Virus genome (UHGV): UHGV-0346409
DNA: 44,226 bases
Strand: one strand, 5' to 3'
From: a virus
Below the pieces are notes generated by a model, which worked only from the letters and a program-made list of their open reading frames with translations, had not been told where the DNA came from and did not search any database. A program made the translations under genes and the position numbers. This document shows positions 31,598 to 41,719 of this stretch, one piece after another (positions within the stretch are counted from its first letter, which is position 1; each line of letters opens with the position of its first letter).

Positions 31598-32278
31598 GTG
31601 GCCGATTTACGTAGTAACGCGCAGATGTTCGATATCGATGTTTCGGCGCTGGAGCAGCTCAGAGTCGAAATCAGCGCGACGCAACATCAGATGCTGATGG
31701 CATACAACAGAGCGCTGAACCGAACTGCAAAGCATATGCACCGAATTTCAGCAGGAATGATTTTGACTGCACTGGCAGCTAAAAATCATAAGGCCGTAAA
31801 TAAACGAATCAAACCGTTCATTAAGCGCCGCAATTTTACAAAAGAAGGGGCAGGAGATCTGAGTAGCGTAAAACTCTGGTACGGCCTGAACGATTTCCGT
31901 GTATCTGAGCTAAAGGGGCAATTACAAAATCCCAGGAAGCAGAAGCAGCCTCGCAATCCAGAGACCGGTCAATTTTTGAAAACAAAAAAAGGCGCTCGAG
32001 GGGCAACTTTTACGCCCAAAAGTGCAGGGCTGGCGATGATTAGTTGGCCAGATTCATTCGTAGCGAAACGCTACGGTGCGAAAAGCGTCTGGATTCGACT
32101 GGCTCGCGGAGGAATCGAAGAGGCTCGCGTACCTGTGCACGACGCGCTTGAGGATGCTATCGATGATTATATTTTTGAAAACATTGGCCCTGTTTTCATG
32201 GGCTTTTTTGAGAAAGATTTGCGCGGTCGAGTGAAAGGACGCGTTCACGTAGACCCTAAAACAGGTAAACGATTATGA
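31598..32278 (+). CDS. Hypothetical virion-module protein
   Basis: 226-aa ORF with a GTG start and an AAGGGGG RBS. Confidence 0.55.
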   Translation: MADLRSNAQMFDIDVSALEQLRVEISATQHQMLMAYNRALNRTAKHMHRISAGMILTALAAKNHKAVNKRIKPFIKRRNFTKEGAGDLSSVKLWYGLNDFRVSELKGQLQNPRKQKQPRNPETGQFLKTKKGARGATFTPKSAGLAMISWPDSFVAKRYGAKSVWIRLARGGIEEARVPVHDALEDAIDDYIFENIGPVFMGFFEKDLRGRVKGRVHVDPKTGKRL

Positions 32279-32811
32279 GCGGACTGGATGCATTTGACGA
32301 ATATCTTGATCGCGTTAAAGGCGCGGTTTTACAAATACCGTTCATCAAAACATTCGGAATTTATCCAGAAATTCCGGCAGGATTTGAAACGCCAGCTCTG
32401 TTCCTGGAAATCAGCAACTGGTCACAGAGTGACGAATCGGTTCCAGGCTCAATTCAGTCAGTCGAGCTGTCGTGTAATTTGTATTTGCTGCGTGAGTTTG
32501 CTGCGGATCGGTACGGACTGAAATCGCAGAATGCAGCGCTCTATATGACGAGCTGGATTGATGGGCGAATGTTCGGTCCCGGAACTAAACCGGCAAAATT
32601 CAGCGACGCGGAACCGTGTGACTGGATTAAAAACGGGCAGTCAGTCGGTTCGCATTCAGTTCAGTGCGTGTCGTTCACGCAGGTTGTCGGCGTTGGTCCC
32701 GATATTTTCGATTACCCATCACAGGGAACCCTGAAAAATTTATATGTCGGAATAGCGCCAGATATCGGCGCAGAACATGAGGGCGACTACTATGGCCCAA
32801 TCGGACGATGA
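32275..32811 (+). CDS. Hypothetical virion-module protein
   Basis: 178-aa ORF with a 4-nt overlap with the previous gene. Confidence 0.55.
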   Translation: MSGLDAFDEYLDRVKGAVLQIPFIKTFGIYPEIPAGFETPALFLEISNWSQSDESVPGSIQSVELSCNLYLLREFAADRYGLKSQNAALYMTSWIDGRMFGPGTKPAKFSDAEPCDWIKNGQSVGSHSVQCVSFTQVVGVGPDIFDYPSQGTLKNLYVGIAPDIGAEHEGDYYGPIGR

Positions 32812-33694
32812 ATATGCTGCAGCGGAGAACGCGCGCCGGCTGCGTGACGCAGTTAAACGCGGCACGATAGCTGCAGTTAAAATGAATCCTCCTCGCTGCC
32901 GCGTCTCATTTGGCGGCGAGCACCAGTCAGGCTGGCTGCAGTGGTTCACGCACGCGACATCGGAACGAGTGGATTGGAGCGCTCCATCAGTGGGTGATCC
33001 CGTTACCGTTGTTTCTGAGGGCGGGGACACGCGGAACGGCGTAGTTATGCTCGGGCTGCACATTGACAACAAAGCTCCGCCCAGTAATGACCCCCATGAT
33101 CATGTCACTGCATACTGTGACGGGGCTACGATGACGTATAACACAAAAAATCACACTCTGACATGGCAGGGCGTACCGGACGGCGTAGTAAAAATACTCG
33201 GTGAGTCTGAAATAGAAATATTCGGACGTGCAGACGTTACTATTAATAGCGAAAACGTTGTCAATATTCACGGTGGAAAATTAATTAACGCAGACGCTGA
33301 CATTATTAATGTGACAGCAACTGACACAATTAACGCACATGCTGATTTAGTGAACGTTATAGCAACGAGTTCTGTTAGTGTTACTGCTGCGAACAGAATA
33401 TCGCTGACAGCTCAAACAATCAGTGCGTGGGCTCCGGGTGGGATAACACTAGCTGGTCCAACGCATATCACCGAGACATTAATTGTAGATAAATTAGCGA
33501 CATTCCGTAACGATATTTCTGTCACTGGAGATAACGGTGGAACAGGTAATATCACAACTCGCGGTAGTGTGTTAGCAGGACAAGAGGTGCAGGATCGACA
33601 AGGCACAATAACTGAAGTCCGCACAACGTATAACGGACACACTCATACATGCCCGGACGGGGAAACACAACAACCGAACCAACCAATGGCGTAA
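32792..33694 (+). CDS. Baseplate assembly / spike protein, P2 gpV-like
   Basis: RCRVSFGGEHQSGWLQWFTHA...WSAPSVGDPV parallels P2 gpV. C-terminal beta-helix repeats. Start chosen at MAQSDD. Confidence 0.8.
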   Translation: MAQSDDEYAAAENARRLRDAVKRGTIAAVKMNPPRCRVSFGGEHQSGWLQWFTHATSERVDWSAPSVGDPVTVVSEGGDTRNGVVMLGLHIDNKAPPSNDPHDHVTAYCDGATMTYNTKNHTLTWQGVPDGVVKILGESEIEIFGRADVTINSENVVNIHGGKLINADADIINVTATDTINAHADLVNVIATSSVSVTAANRISLTAQTISAWAPGGITLAGPTHITETLIVDKLATFRNDISVTGDNGGTGNITTRGSVLAGQEVQDRQGTITEVRTTYNGHTHTCPDGETQQPNQPMA

Positions 33695-33696
33695 AT

Positions 33697-34038
33697 ATGC
33701 TTGGAATGGACCGTAACACTGGTAAACCTTTATCCGGGGTTGACCACATTTGTCAGTCTATCGTTGATATTTTAACGACCCCGCTGGGAACCCGTGTAAT
33801 GCTGCCGGAATATGGGAGCAAATTATTTGACCTCGTTGATAATCCCACAGATCCATCACTGGCTATACGGATAATCATGGAAAGTGCTGGCGCAATAGCA
33901 CGCTGGGAACCACGCGTCAGAATTGACAGAATAAATGTGTTAGCAGTGGATATCGGGAAAATAACAATATTAATTATCGCAACAGATATCGAAACACAAC
34001 AGCGATTAGAGTTTAATAATATGGAGCTGATATTTTGA
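33697..34038 (+). CDS. Baseplate protein, P2 gpW / T4 gp25-like
   Basis: MLGMDRNTGKPLSGVDHICQSIVDILTTPLGTRVMLPEYGS parallels P2 gpW. Confidence 0.85.
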   Translation: MLGMDRNTGKPLSGVDHICQSIVDILTTPLGTRVMLPEYGSKLFDLVDNPTDPSLAIRIIMESAGAIARWEPRVRIDRINVLAVDIGKITILIIATDIETQQRLEFNNMELIF

Positions 34039-34955
34039 TAACATCAACAGTTCAGAACTCGATAGTGAAAACTATTGATATGAGTCTGCTGCCGCCGCCA
34101 GCATTCGTTAAAACCCCGTTATTTTCAGATGTTAAATCTAATCTACTGTCAGAGCTGCAGATATTATATCCACAATTTAACGCACTCCTGGAGTCAGACC
34201 CGGCAGTTAAACTGCTGGAAATAGTTGCATACAGAGAAATCATTATTACAGCTCGGGTAAATCAGGGGATGCTCGCTGTATTGCTCGCGTTTGCAAAAGG
34301 GACTGACCTCGACCAGATTGGCGCTAATTTTGACTGCCTGCGGCTGTTGATAACGCCAGCTAATCCCGACTCAGTCCCCCCGACTGAAGCGGTTTACGAG
34401 AGTGACGACGAGTATCGTCATCGCATACAACTATCATGGTACGCGCGTAATACTGCCGGCAGTACAAACGCGTATAACTATTTCGCGCTATCGAGTGATC
34501 CCGATGTTCTGTCAGCGCAGGCATACGGCCCGCCTGTGACTCAGCCAGGGTACGTCGATATGTACGTTTTGTCCCGGACAGGCGACGGTGTACCCCCGCA
34601 ATCACTACTGAATACAGTGAATGCGGCCCTGTCTCCTGACGACACTCGGCCACTAACTGATTTCGTGACCGTAAAACCTGCGTCGAACCTGAATTACCGG
34701 GTTGAGGCCGTTATCGTAGCGGGGCTCGGTCCCGACCAGAACGTATTACTCAACGGCGCGCAGAGCGACCTGGCGGTCTACGTGACCACGCAACATAAAA
34801 TCGGGGCAACAGCAGCCCTGTCGGGAATTTACGACGCAATACATCGTGACGGCACCGAACGTGTGATTCTGATATCGCCGACAGAGGACGTCATTGCAGG
34901 TGTCGGACAGGCACCATATTGCACCGAAATTAAACTCAGCGTACAGATGGGGTGA
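34035..34955 (+). CDS. Baseplate protein, P2 gpJ-like
   Basis: 306 aa. Position and family pattern fit gpJ. Confidence 0.82.
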   Translation: MITSTVQNSIVKTIDMSLLPPPAFVKTPLFSDVKSNLLSELQILYPQFNALLESDPAVKLLEIVAYREIIITARVNQGMLAVLLAFAKGTDLDQIGANFDCLRLLITPANPDSVPPTEAVYESDDEYRHRIQLSWYARNTAGSTNAYNYFALSSDPDVLSAQAYGPPVTQPGYVDMYVLSRTGDGVPPQSLLNTVNAALSPDDTRPLTDFVTVKPASNLNYRVEAVIVAGLGPDQNVLLNGAQSDLAVYVTTQHKIGATAALSGIYDAIHRDGTERVILISPTEDVIAGVGQAPYCTEIKLSVQMG

Positions 34956-35584
34956 CAATGACGAGCCAGAGTGTACTGCCTCCTAACGCAGTAACACCAG
35001 AAAGAGCGCTGGAAGCCGTTTTATCTCACGTCGGCGATCTGCCTGGCGATATTCGAATTATTAAGAATCCCGATTTGTGTCCTGCAAATCTGTTGCCGTG
35101 GCTTGCGTGGGAATACGCCGTCACCTACTGGAACCCCGACTGGAGCGAGCAGCAAAAACGCGAAATTATTAAAGCAGCTGCGTGGCAGAACAAGCACCGC
35201 GGAACGCGTGGAGCTGTTGAACGAGCGTTATTAACAGTTGGATTTGAGAGCAAAATGAGAGAGTGGTTCGAAGCCGCGCCCAGGGACGACCCGTATACAT
35301 TCGCAATTAAAATATATCTGCTAAAAAATATGGGGTTAGATTTAGAGCTATTGAATACATTTATTGCACAAATATTTGATGCAAAAAATTGTCGCTCTTT
35401 ATTAAAAGAAATAAATTTCGAAACAGGTGTGGAAGGGGAATTTTTTATAGCTGGAACTCCTTACACAAAAATAGGCGTAAATATACCGGCAGATGGTGAT
35501 GGTGGCGTGAAATTAAATGGCGGATTATATATATCAGGCTCGCCAATCGTGAGTCTGTTAGTGGAGATTGGACCCAATGGCTAA
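34952..35584 (+). CDS. Tail protein, P2 gpI-like
   Basis: NPDLCPANLLPWLAWEYAV parallels P2 gpI (NPDTCPANLLPWLAWAFSV). Confidence 0.88.
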   Translation: MTMTSQSVLPPNAVTPERALEAVLSHVGDLPGDIRIIKNPDLCPANLLPWLAWEYAVTYWNPDWSEQQKREIIKAAAWQNKHRGTRGAVERALLTVGFESKMREWFEAAPRDDPYTFAIKIYLLKNMGLDLELLNTFIAQIFDAKNCRSLLKEINFETGVEGEFFIAGTPYTKIGVNIPADGDGGVKLNGGLYISGSPIVSLLVEIGPNG

Positions 35585-36530
35585 ATTAAAATCAAATCTG
35601 AAAGCTAACGCGAGCCAAGTTTATGCGGTGCTGACAGACCGTGGCGCGCAATTAGAAGCTGCGGCGCTGGCGTCAGGCGTGCCGGTAGTGCTAAATAAAT
35701 TCGTTATTGGTGACGCGAACGGAAATGACGACGTAACACCAGACCCGGCCAGAACGGCATTAATTCACGAGACGTATCGCGGAGATATTAAATCGTCAGA
35801 AAATAGCGGTAATCAGGTCATTTTTACACTGTACGTACCGCCGGAAACCGGCGGTTATACCATCCGCGAGGTGGGGATATTAACAGATAAAGGGGAACTG
35901 TACTCAGTTGCACGTTCACCGGATATTTTAAAACCTACGGACAGCAACGGCGCGCTGATTTCAATCACGTATAAATACACTCTCGCGGTGTCCAGCACGT
36001 CTACTGTTAACGTTGTTATTGATAACAGTAGCGGAATGAGCCAGGCAGATGCCGATAAACGATATTTGCAGATAGGTAAAAATTTATCTGAAATTAAAGA
36101 TAAAGGCACGGTGGCGCAAAAAACGGCGCGAGAAAATATCGGCGTAAATCTTGATAATTATTACACCAAAGAAGACGTTGATGATTTAATTGATGCTAAC
36201 GATGACCCTGCACCGGCGGTGCCTGCGTTTGCAGCTGTCGGCTCAGTTGTTTATGCTGGATTTACATTCGATAACTCTACTGTAATGCACTATAAACCTG
36301 GTGATCAGTTACAAGGTTCGATAATTTCCCCTGCATGCATTCAATGGAAATATACCGGAGGTGTCGGCTCTATGAGCGAAGCCACGCTTACGCTAACTTT
36401 TGGAAGTGAGCCATTGCCTGGTATTTGGCAATTGTGCGGACTGATCCCCCAGAGCTATGAGCCATCTTCCGGGGCTGGTGAAGATATCTATACTGGCAAA
36501 TTTGCAACTAATTTCACGAGGATAGCGTAA
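35577..36530 (+). CDS. Tail fibre protein (P2 gpH-type N-terminal domain)
   Basis: FVIGDANGNDDVTPDPARTALIHETYRG...IREVGILTDKGELYSVAR parallels the gpH N-terminus. The C-terminus is divergent. Confidence 0.8.
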   Translation: MAKLKSNLKANASQVYAVLTDRGAQLEAAALASGVPVVLNKFVIGDANGNDDVTPDPARTALIHETYRGDIKSSENSGNQVIFTLYVPPETGGYTIREVGILTDKGELYSVARSPDILKPTDSNGALISITYKYTLAVSSTSTVNVVIDNSSGMSQADADKRYLQIGKNLSEIKDKGTVAQKTARENIGVNLDNYYTKEDVDDLIDANDDPAPAVPAFAAVGSVVYAGFTFDNSTVMHYKPGDQLQGSIISPACIQWKYTGGVGSMSEATLTLTFGSEPLPGIWQLCGLIPQSYEPSSGAGEDIYTGKFATNFTRIA

Positions 36531-36535
36531 AACAA

Positions 36536-36769
36536 ATGATAACAATTGATAACTTTTCAAATATAAAAACACAGCGCTATTCCAGCGCATCGAATAACAG
36601 TATTGATATTGTCTGTGACATACAAGGGATCGGTAATGCTATTTTATTTACTGCATCTAAGACAGACTCCACATTATATGGCCGAGAGTTATACGAGCGC
36701 GCCGCTTGCGGTGAATTTGGTGATGTTGCTGAATATGTGGCTCCAATTATAATCGAATCAGGAGAGTAA
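36536..36769 (+). CDS. Small fibre-associated protein (possible fibre assembly chaperone)
   Basis: 77-aa ORF directly after the fibre gene. Assigned by position only. Confidence 0.4.
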   Translation: MITIDNFSNIKTQRYSSASNNSIDIVCDIQGIGNAILFTASKTDSTLYGRELYERAACGEFGDVAEYVAPIIIESGE

Positions 36770-36774
36770 AATTA

Positions 36775-38268
36775 ATGAGCACTAATTTTTTGCACGGCCC
36801 CCGCACGCTTGAATACGACGACGGCACAAAAGAGATCAGCGCGGTAGATATTTCGGTTATCGGGATTGTTGGTACTGCACCGGATGTTGGGCTGGGAGGA
36901 AGAGCTTCATTAACATGGGGGTCACCCTTGTCAGATAACGTGGTGACATTTCTCCCGGTTTATTCAGGGAGTTACGGAAATAAATTTGCAGTTGAAATTA
37001 TTAAGAAGGGCATTTCTGGAATTAAATACGGATATAGCACGTTACCGGACGGGACAATAAAATTAACGCTCGGAACAGATAGTACAACAACGCCAGAGGT
37101 GCTGTCACAAGACGTTCTGACTCACAATGAGGGACGGAACGCGGAGGATTATATTTTTGTAGCGTTGGATGAGGCCAGTAAAAATGATGGAATTGTTTAT
37201 CAGATGCCCGTCACGAGCCTGACGGGCGGTTCTGACGCTCCATTTCCAGTCAACATACCCACACTAATTGCAGGTAGTCAGAAAAAAGCGGCGCTCCTGG
37301 GTGCAGCAGGCACTCTCCCCGCAGCCATCACTGATATTTTAAATCAGACAGATGCGCTAATTGTTGTTGTTCGCGTAGACGAAAACACAGACGCGACAAA
37401 AGAGCGTGAGAACGTAATCAACGGCATTAACGCTATGTTAACATCGGGACAGATAAACCAGGTGACTCCACGAATTTTGATTGCACCTGATTACAGTGCT
37501 AATGACGACGTCGCTGCCGCGCTGGAGGTAGTCACAAATAAATTACGTGGAGTCGGCTATATTGATTCTCCACGCACGGCATCGCCCGCAGACGTCGTTA
37601 ACCGCCGCCATAAATATAGCGCGCGCATGGAAATACTACGCCCGCGTGTGTTTTCAGCTGGCGATCTCAGTGATCTGTCGCGTCCATATTCAGCTATCGC
37701 CGCTGGTTTACGAGCCAGAATTGATAATGAAAAAGGGTTTTGGTGGAGTAAGTCGAATCAAAATATTTATGGAATAACAGGGCTTGAACAAGTCGACGAT
37801 TTTATTATTGGTGAGACAAACTGCACAGCGAACCTACTGAACGCCAGCCAGGTCAGCACCATTATTCGCTACGATGGATTCCGGCACTGGGGTAACTATC
37901 TGTGCAGTCTGGATCCACAATGGTCGTTTGAATGCGTTCGTCGGACAGCTGACGTAATTGAAGATTCTATAGCCCGGGCAATGATGACAGATTTTATTGA
38001 TCGCCCGATAGACCTGCATCTCGGAACAGACGTTGTCGAGTCGATAAACGCATATCTGCACAAATTAGAGGAGCAGGGTGCGATTAACGGAGGGCGTGCG
38101 TGGTTAGACGGTGAGCTGAATACAAAAGAAAGTCTGGCCGCTGGCAATCTTTATATTAATGTTGATTTTGGTCCGAAATCTCCGGCACAAACAATTACGT
38201 TAATGTACTGTATTAATAATGACTATACAGTTGAGGCACTGGCCTCCCTTTTTAAAGAAACAGCCTGA
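36775..38268 (+). CDS. Contractile tail sheath protein
   Basis: 497 aa. Its position before the tube gene and its size are typical of a sheath. Confidence 0.8.
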   Translation: MSTNFLHGPRTLEYDDGTKEISAVDISVIGIVGTAPDVGLGGRASLTWGSPLSDNVVTFLPVYSGSYGNKFAVEIIKKGISGIKYGYSTLPDGTIKLTLGTDSTTTPEVLSQDVLTHNEGRNAEDYIFVALDEASKNDGIVYQMPVTSLTGGSDAPFPVNIPTLIAGSQKKAALLGAAGTLPAAITDILNQTDALIVVVRVDENTDATKERENVINGINAMLTSGQINQVTPRILIAPDYSANDDVAAALEVVTNKLRGVGYIDSPRTASPADVVNRRHKYSARMEILRPRVFSAGDLSDLSRPYSAIAAGLRARIDNEKGFWWSKSNQNIYGITGLEQVDDFIIGETNCTANLLNASQVSTIIRYDGFRHWGNYLCSLDPQWSFECVRRTADVIEDSIARAMMTDFIDRPIDLHLGTDVVESINAYLHKLEEQGAINGGRAWLDGELNTKESLAAGNLYINVDFGPKSPAQTITLMYCINNDYTVEALASLFKETA

Positions 38269-38285
38269 TAATTTGGAGATTAAAT

Positions 38286-38798
38286 ATGTCAGACAGCAAC
38301 GCTTACCGCGCGTTTGCGCTATTCGTGCAGGGCGAACGGGTTTTAAATTGTACTGAATATACTCCAGTAGATATGAAAATAATCGAAGACGAGTTTAAAA
38401 CAGGCGCGATGGATACAGCTATCACTCTGGATGGGGGGATGGAGAAAATGTCAGCCAGTTTTAAAGTTTCAGGTTCTGATTCTGCTGTTATGAGCTATTT
38501 CGGGTTAATACCGGGAGTGAAGACGCGGTTTGAAATTCGTAGTGCGTACACAGACTCTTACGGAATAAACTTTGAGCGCATTGATACCTATGAGGGGCTT
38601 ATTACAGCAATCACTGATGATGCCCAGGGGACTGATTCTAAATCGTCAGTGGGGCAATCAGTAACGATTGCGCCGAGCTATTATAAACGAGTTCAAAATG
38701 GACGAATTATTTACGAAATTCATCCTGCAAAAATGAAACGCGTTATCAATGGTGTTGATGTTCTTGCGGGCGTCGCTCGAATCCTTCATGTATATTAA
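38286..38798 (+). CDS. Tail tube protein
   Basis: 170 aa. Position and size fit the P2 FII / Mu tube family. Confidence 0.75.
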   Translation: MSDSNAYRAFALFVQGERVLNCTEYTPVDMKIIEDEFKTGAMDTAITLDGGMEKMSASFKVSGSDSAVMSYFGLIPGVKTRFEIRSAYTDSYGINFERIDTYEGLITAITDDAQGTDSKSSVGQSVTIAPSYYKRVQNGRIIYEIHPAKMKRVINGVDVLAGVARILHVY

Positions 38799-38810
38799 AA
38801 GGTAAGTAAG

Positions 38811-39092
38811 ATGGAATCATTATTAGACAGTATGACTATTACGCTCTCTCGACCATTTATTATTAAGGGCGAGAGCTGCGATACAATTACTATTCGCGAA
38901 CCAAAATTACGCGACCGCATTATGTTCAGTAACGATAAAAGCGGTCTTGAAGAGCGGACAGCGACAATGCTGGCGCGCCTGGCAAATCTGGAGAGAGAGG
39001 ATTTATATGCGCTCCCCGCGTGCGATTACGATCAACTGGAGGCCGCGTTTAACGAACTGGTAAAGCACCCGAAAGACCGACATCAGATATAG
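38811..39092 (+). CDS. Tail assembly chaperone, gpE-like (short form)
   Basis: 93 aa immediately upstream of the tape-measure gene. Confidence 0.6.
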   Translation: MESLLDSMTITLSRPFIIKGESCDTITIREPKLRDRIMFSNDKSGLEERTATMLARLANLEREDLYALPACDYDQLEAAFNELVKHPKDRHQI

Positions 39093-39223
39093 TAATTCTG
39101 ATTCCGTTTATTGCGAAAAAACTTGCCATCCCGCCCGATACGCAAATGGACCTGCCGTATCGGGTTTTTAATTTCTATGTAAACGAGGTCATGAAAACCG
39201 ATGGCTATTTCTCAAAACTTTAA
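38811..39223 (+). CDS. Tail assembly chaperone, -1 frameshift long form (gpE+E'-like)
   Basis: The -1 frame is open from 39053 to TAA 39221..39223 and encodes ...ILIPFIAKKLAIPPDTQMDLPYRVFNFYVNEV.... The candidate slip site GGTAAAG (39059..39065) shares A-AAG with lambda G/GT. Confidence 0.45.
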
Positions 39224-40841
39224 AACGCAGGTTGTATTTGGGGGAAGAATAGACCCGTCGTTTCGGCGCGGTACAACAGAACTCAACGATGCAATTCGGC
39301 AGACGTCGTCTACTGTCGGAAAATTAACGAAAAGCCAGGATAAATTAAAAGACAAAATCGCAGCAATGAAACTGGCGGGTAAAGACGTTTCTGATTTATC
39401 TGCTCAGTATCAAAAGCTGGACCGTCGGATAAAAGCGACAACACAGGACCAGGAAGCTCTGAATACTCAGCTCGCCAAAAAACAGCGGCTGGAGAAGTGG
39501 ACGGGGCGCGCAAAAGGTGCTGCAAAATGGGGAGGGCGAGCCGCCGCAGGTGCGGTGAGGGCCACGGGACGGGGTATCAAATGGGGGACGCTGGGGGCCG
39601 TGGGTCTGCTCGGCGGCGCGGCTGCTGGCGCGTTGGCAATGAATGCAGAGACGTCAGAAAAACTCGGTCTGGCGAAGTCCTACGGTGTTGGCATCGAAAA
39701 ATACGCTGCGTGGGAAAATATTGGTAAAGCTGCAGGGCTGAATGGCGAAAACGTAGGAGATCTGTCGGAGGAGTTGACTAATAAAATCGGGGAGGTTGGA
39801 AACGAAAAAAACCTGAACCCCATGTTGTTTCAAATTGGCCTGACAAAAAAACGGATGGCTAAATGGGATCGAGAAAAACAGTTCAATGAAGTTATGCGGC
39901 GTATCTCTGAAATGAAGGATGATCAACAGGCGGCGAGTCTGGCTGATCAGCTCATGGGGGGGGAAGCTAATAAAATAATGACTTATATGCGGGCGACTGG
40001 TAAAAGCTGGGAGCAGACTCTGTCGGACGCTCAAAAATCAAACCTGCTAACGAAAGAAGGGGCTGAGGGTGCAGCGCGCGCGCACGTATCCGTCACGAAT
40101 CTGTGGGGGGCAATCACATCGGGGCTGGCAGATACTCTCGGGAAAATCGGAGGGGAACTCGCGCCGACGTTTGACGCTATGCGAGACGGGCTGGCATCCT
40201 GGTTTAAAGAGAATCAAGGGGGGGTTGTTGATAGTATTAAAGAATGGGTTAAGCCAGAAAATATGAAAAAAATGTGGGAGGGGATAGTCAGTTTTGGCGA
40301 GGCGTGCGTTAAATTCGGAAAAATAATTTGGGCAGTCGTAAAAAAACTGGAGTGGTTAATACCGGACGAGAAAACAGACGAGGAGCAGCGCGTATATAAC
40401 GAAGAATATAATAAGGCGTATCAGGAATTCATGGATGGCGGAGGAAAATATTCACCAAACCCAGGAATGGCGGCGGATAATGTTGCAAAAGCAAAAGCCG
40501 CCGAAGCCGTGGATAATATGCGACACCCTGAACGTCTTGCTCGTGCAAAATCACAGGCTGAATCACTGCTCTCGTTTGCTAACCCGTTTACTGGATTAAT
40601 AAATAAAGGCTCAACGCCTGAATCACAAAACTCAGCAACGTTGAATATTGACGCGCTGAGACAAGCAGTCGCAACTCCAGCGCCAGAGCAAAACAATAAA
40701 ATTGAAATCAATATTATCGGAGCGGCAGATCCACAATCAACACAGCAGGCTGCTGCATCGGGTGTGCTCGACGGGCTGAGACAAGTTGCGAGTTCGTACA
40801 ACCGTGGTGCGATGTTTGATAAACCAGCGGCGGCGGGGTGA
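39201..40841 (+). CDS. Tape measure protein
   Basis: 546 aa with coiled-coil and Gly/Ala-rich segments. It sits after the chaperone pair. Confidence 0.8.
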   Translation: MAISQNFKTQVVFGGRIDPSFRRGTTELNDAIRQTSSTVGKLTKSQDKLKDKIAAMKLAGKDVSDLSAQYQKLDRRIKATTQDQEALNTQLAKKQRLEKWTGRAKGAAKWGGRAAAGAVRATGRGIKWGTLGAVGLLGGAAAGALAMNAETSEKLGLAKSYGVGIEKYAAWENIGKAAGLNGENVGDLSEELTNKIGEVGNEKNLNPMLFQIGLTKKRMAKWDREKQFNEVMRRISEMKDDQQAASLADQLMGGEANKIMTYMRATGKSWEQTLSDAQKSNLLTKEGAEGAARAHVSVTNLWGAITSGLADTLGKIGGELAPTFDAMRDGLASWFKENQGGVVDSIKEWVKPENMKKMWEGIVSFGEACVKFGKIIWAVVKKLEWLIPDEKTDEEQRVYNEEYNKAYQEFMDGGGKYSPNPGMAADNVAKAKAAEAVDNMRHPERLARAKSQAESLLSFANPFTGLINKGSTPESQNSATLNIDALRQAVATPAPEQNNKIEINIIGAADPQSTQQAAASGVLDGLRQVASSYNRGAMFDKPAAAG

Positions 40842-41266
40842 CAATGAGTGATGCGATAAACGGTGCTGAGGATATCATGCTAGGCGTGGGTGATTTCATT
40901 TTTGCTATATCAACAGTAGCGTACAACAAACTGCAACGTAGTGACGCCTGGCGCTGGGCTCAGCAAACACGGTTCGGAAAAAACGACGCATTGCAGATAA
41001 CCGGACGACCGAACCCCACAATCACGATCGATGGGAAAATAAATGCCTTATTCCTTGATGGGTGCGGCATTGGCTTGTTAACAGATTTGCGGGCGCTGGG
41101 GAACTCGGGAGAACCCCAGCAACTGGTGCTGGGGACCGGGGAGGTGAAGGGGTACTGGGTTATCAGGGAGTTAACAGAAACGCAAAACAGTTTTCTGAAA
41201 GGAGGGACCCCAAAATCGCAGGACTTTTCACTCACGCTCGAATATTACGGAGCTTCGCTGGATTGA
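40838..41266 (+). CDS. Tail protein, P2 gpU-like
   Basis: FIFAISTVAYNKLQRSDAWRW...TIDGKI...GYWVIRELTETQ parallels P2 gpU. Confidence 0.8.
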   Translation: MTMSDAINGAEDIMLGVGDFIFAISTVAYNKLQRSDAWRWAQQTRFGKNDALQITGRPNPTITIDGKINALFLDGCGIGLLTDLRALGNSGEPQQLVLGTGEVKGYWVIRELTETQNSFLKGGTPKSQDFSLTLEYYGASLD

Positions 41267-41505
41267 ACTTCTTTCGGTTTTTTATCACCGAGAGCGGACC
41301 ACAGCAACAGAATGATCCACATCAAAAATATCCATCCGAATAATATATTCAGAATAACGACCATTGCGCAGCTTTTATGTCCCCTTATTAGAGCAATTAC
41401 TAACGGTATTACGTATAAAATGATGGATATTAACGGGTTCGCCATTAACCATATATACAGAGCGATAACCCACGCAAATAATTCCATTTGAGGCCTCATA
41501 ATCAT
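41245..41505 (-). CDS. Superinfection-immunity-family small membrane protein (Imm_superinfect-like), antisense insert in the tail operon
   Basis: 86 aa with two or three TM segments. IPLVIALIRGHKSCAMVVILNILFGWIFLMWIILLLWSAL fits the family pattern YFLPsiIA..R.H.n...IfllNllLGWT..GW..AL.WA. Confidence 0.72.
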   Translation of the reverse strand: MIMRPQMELFAWVIALYIWLMANPLISIILYVIPLVIALIRGHKSCAMVVILNILFGWIFLMWIILLLWSALGDKKPKEVQSSEAP

Positions 41506-41716
41506 GATTACATATACGACGCGGGACGGTGACCGTCTCGATCAAATCTGCTTTGCGGTCTACGGGAGAGCGTCAAAAACGACAGAGACTGTTTTATATC
41601 AGGTTTCGAATTACGGCGTAACTGATATGTGTGCCGTGTTTCGTGCTGGAGAAAAAATTGTTTTACCCGATATCGAACCAGAACCGGTTAAAAAAGAAAC
41701 GCAATTATGGGATTGA
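41504..41716 (+). CDS. Tail protein X (P2 gpX-like, LysM-type)
   Basis: DGDRLDQICFAVYGR...ETVL...VLPDIEP...QLWD parallels P2 gpX. Confidence 0.85.
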   Translation: MITYTTRDGDRLDQICFAVYGRASKTTETVLYQVSNYGVTDMCAVFRAGEKIVLPDIEPEPVKKETQLWD

Positions 41717-41719
41717 TGA

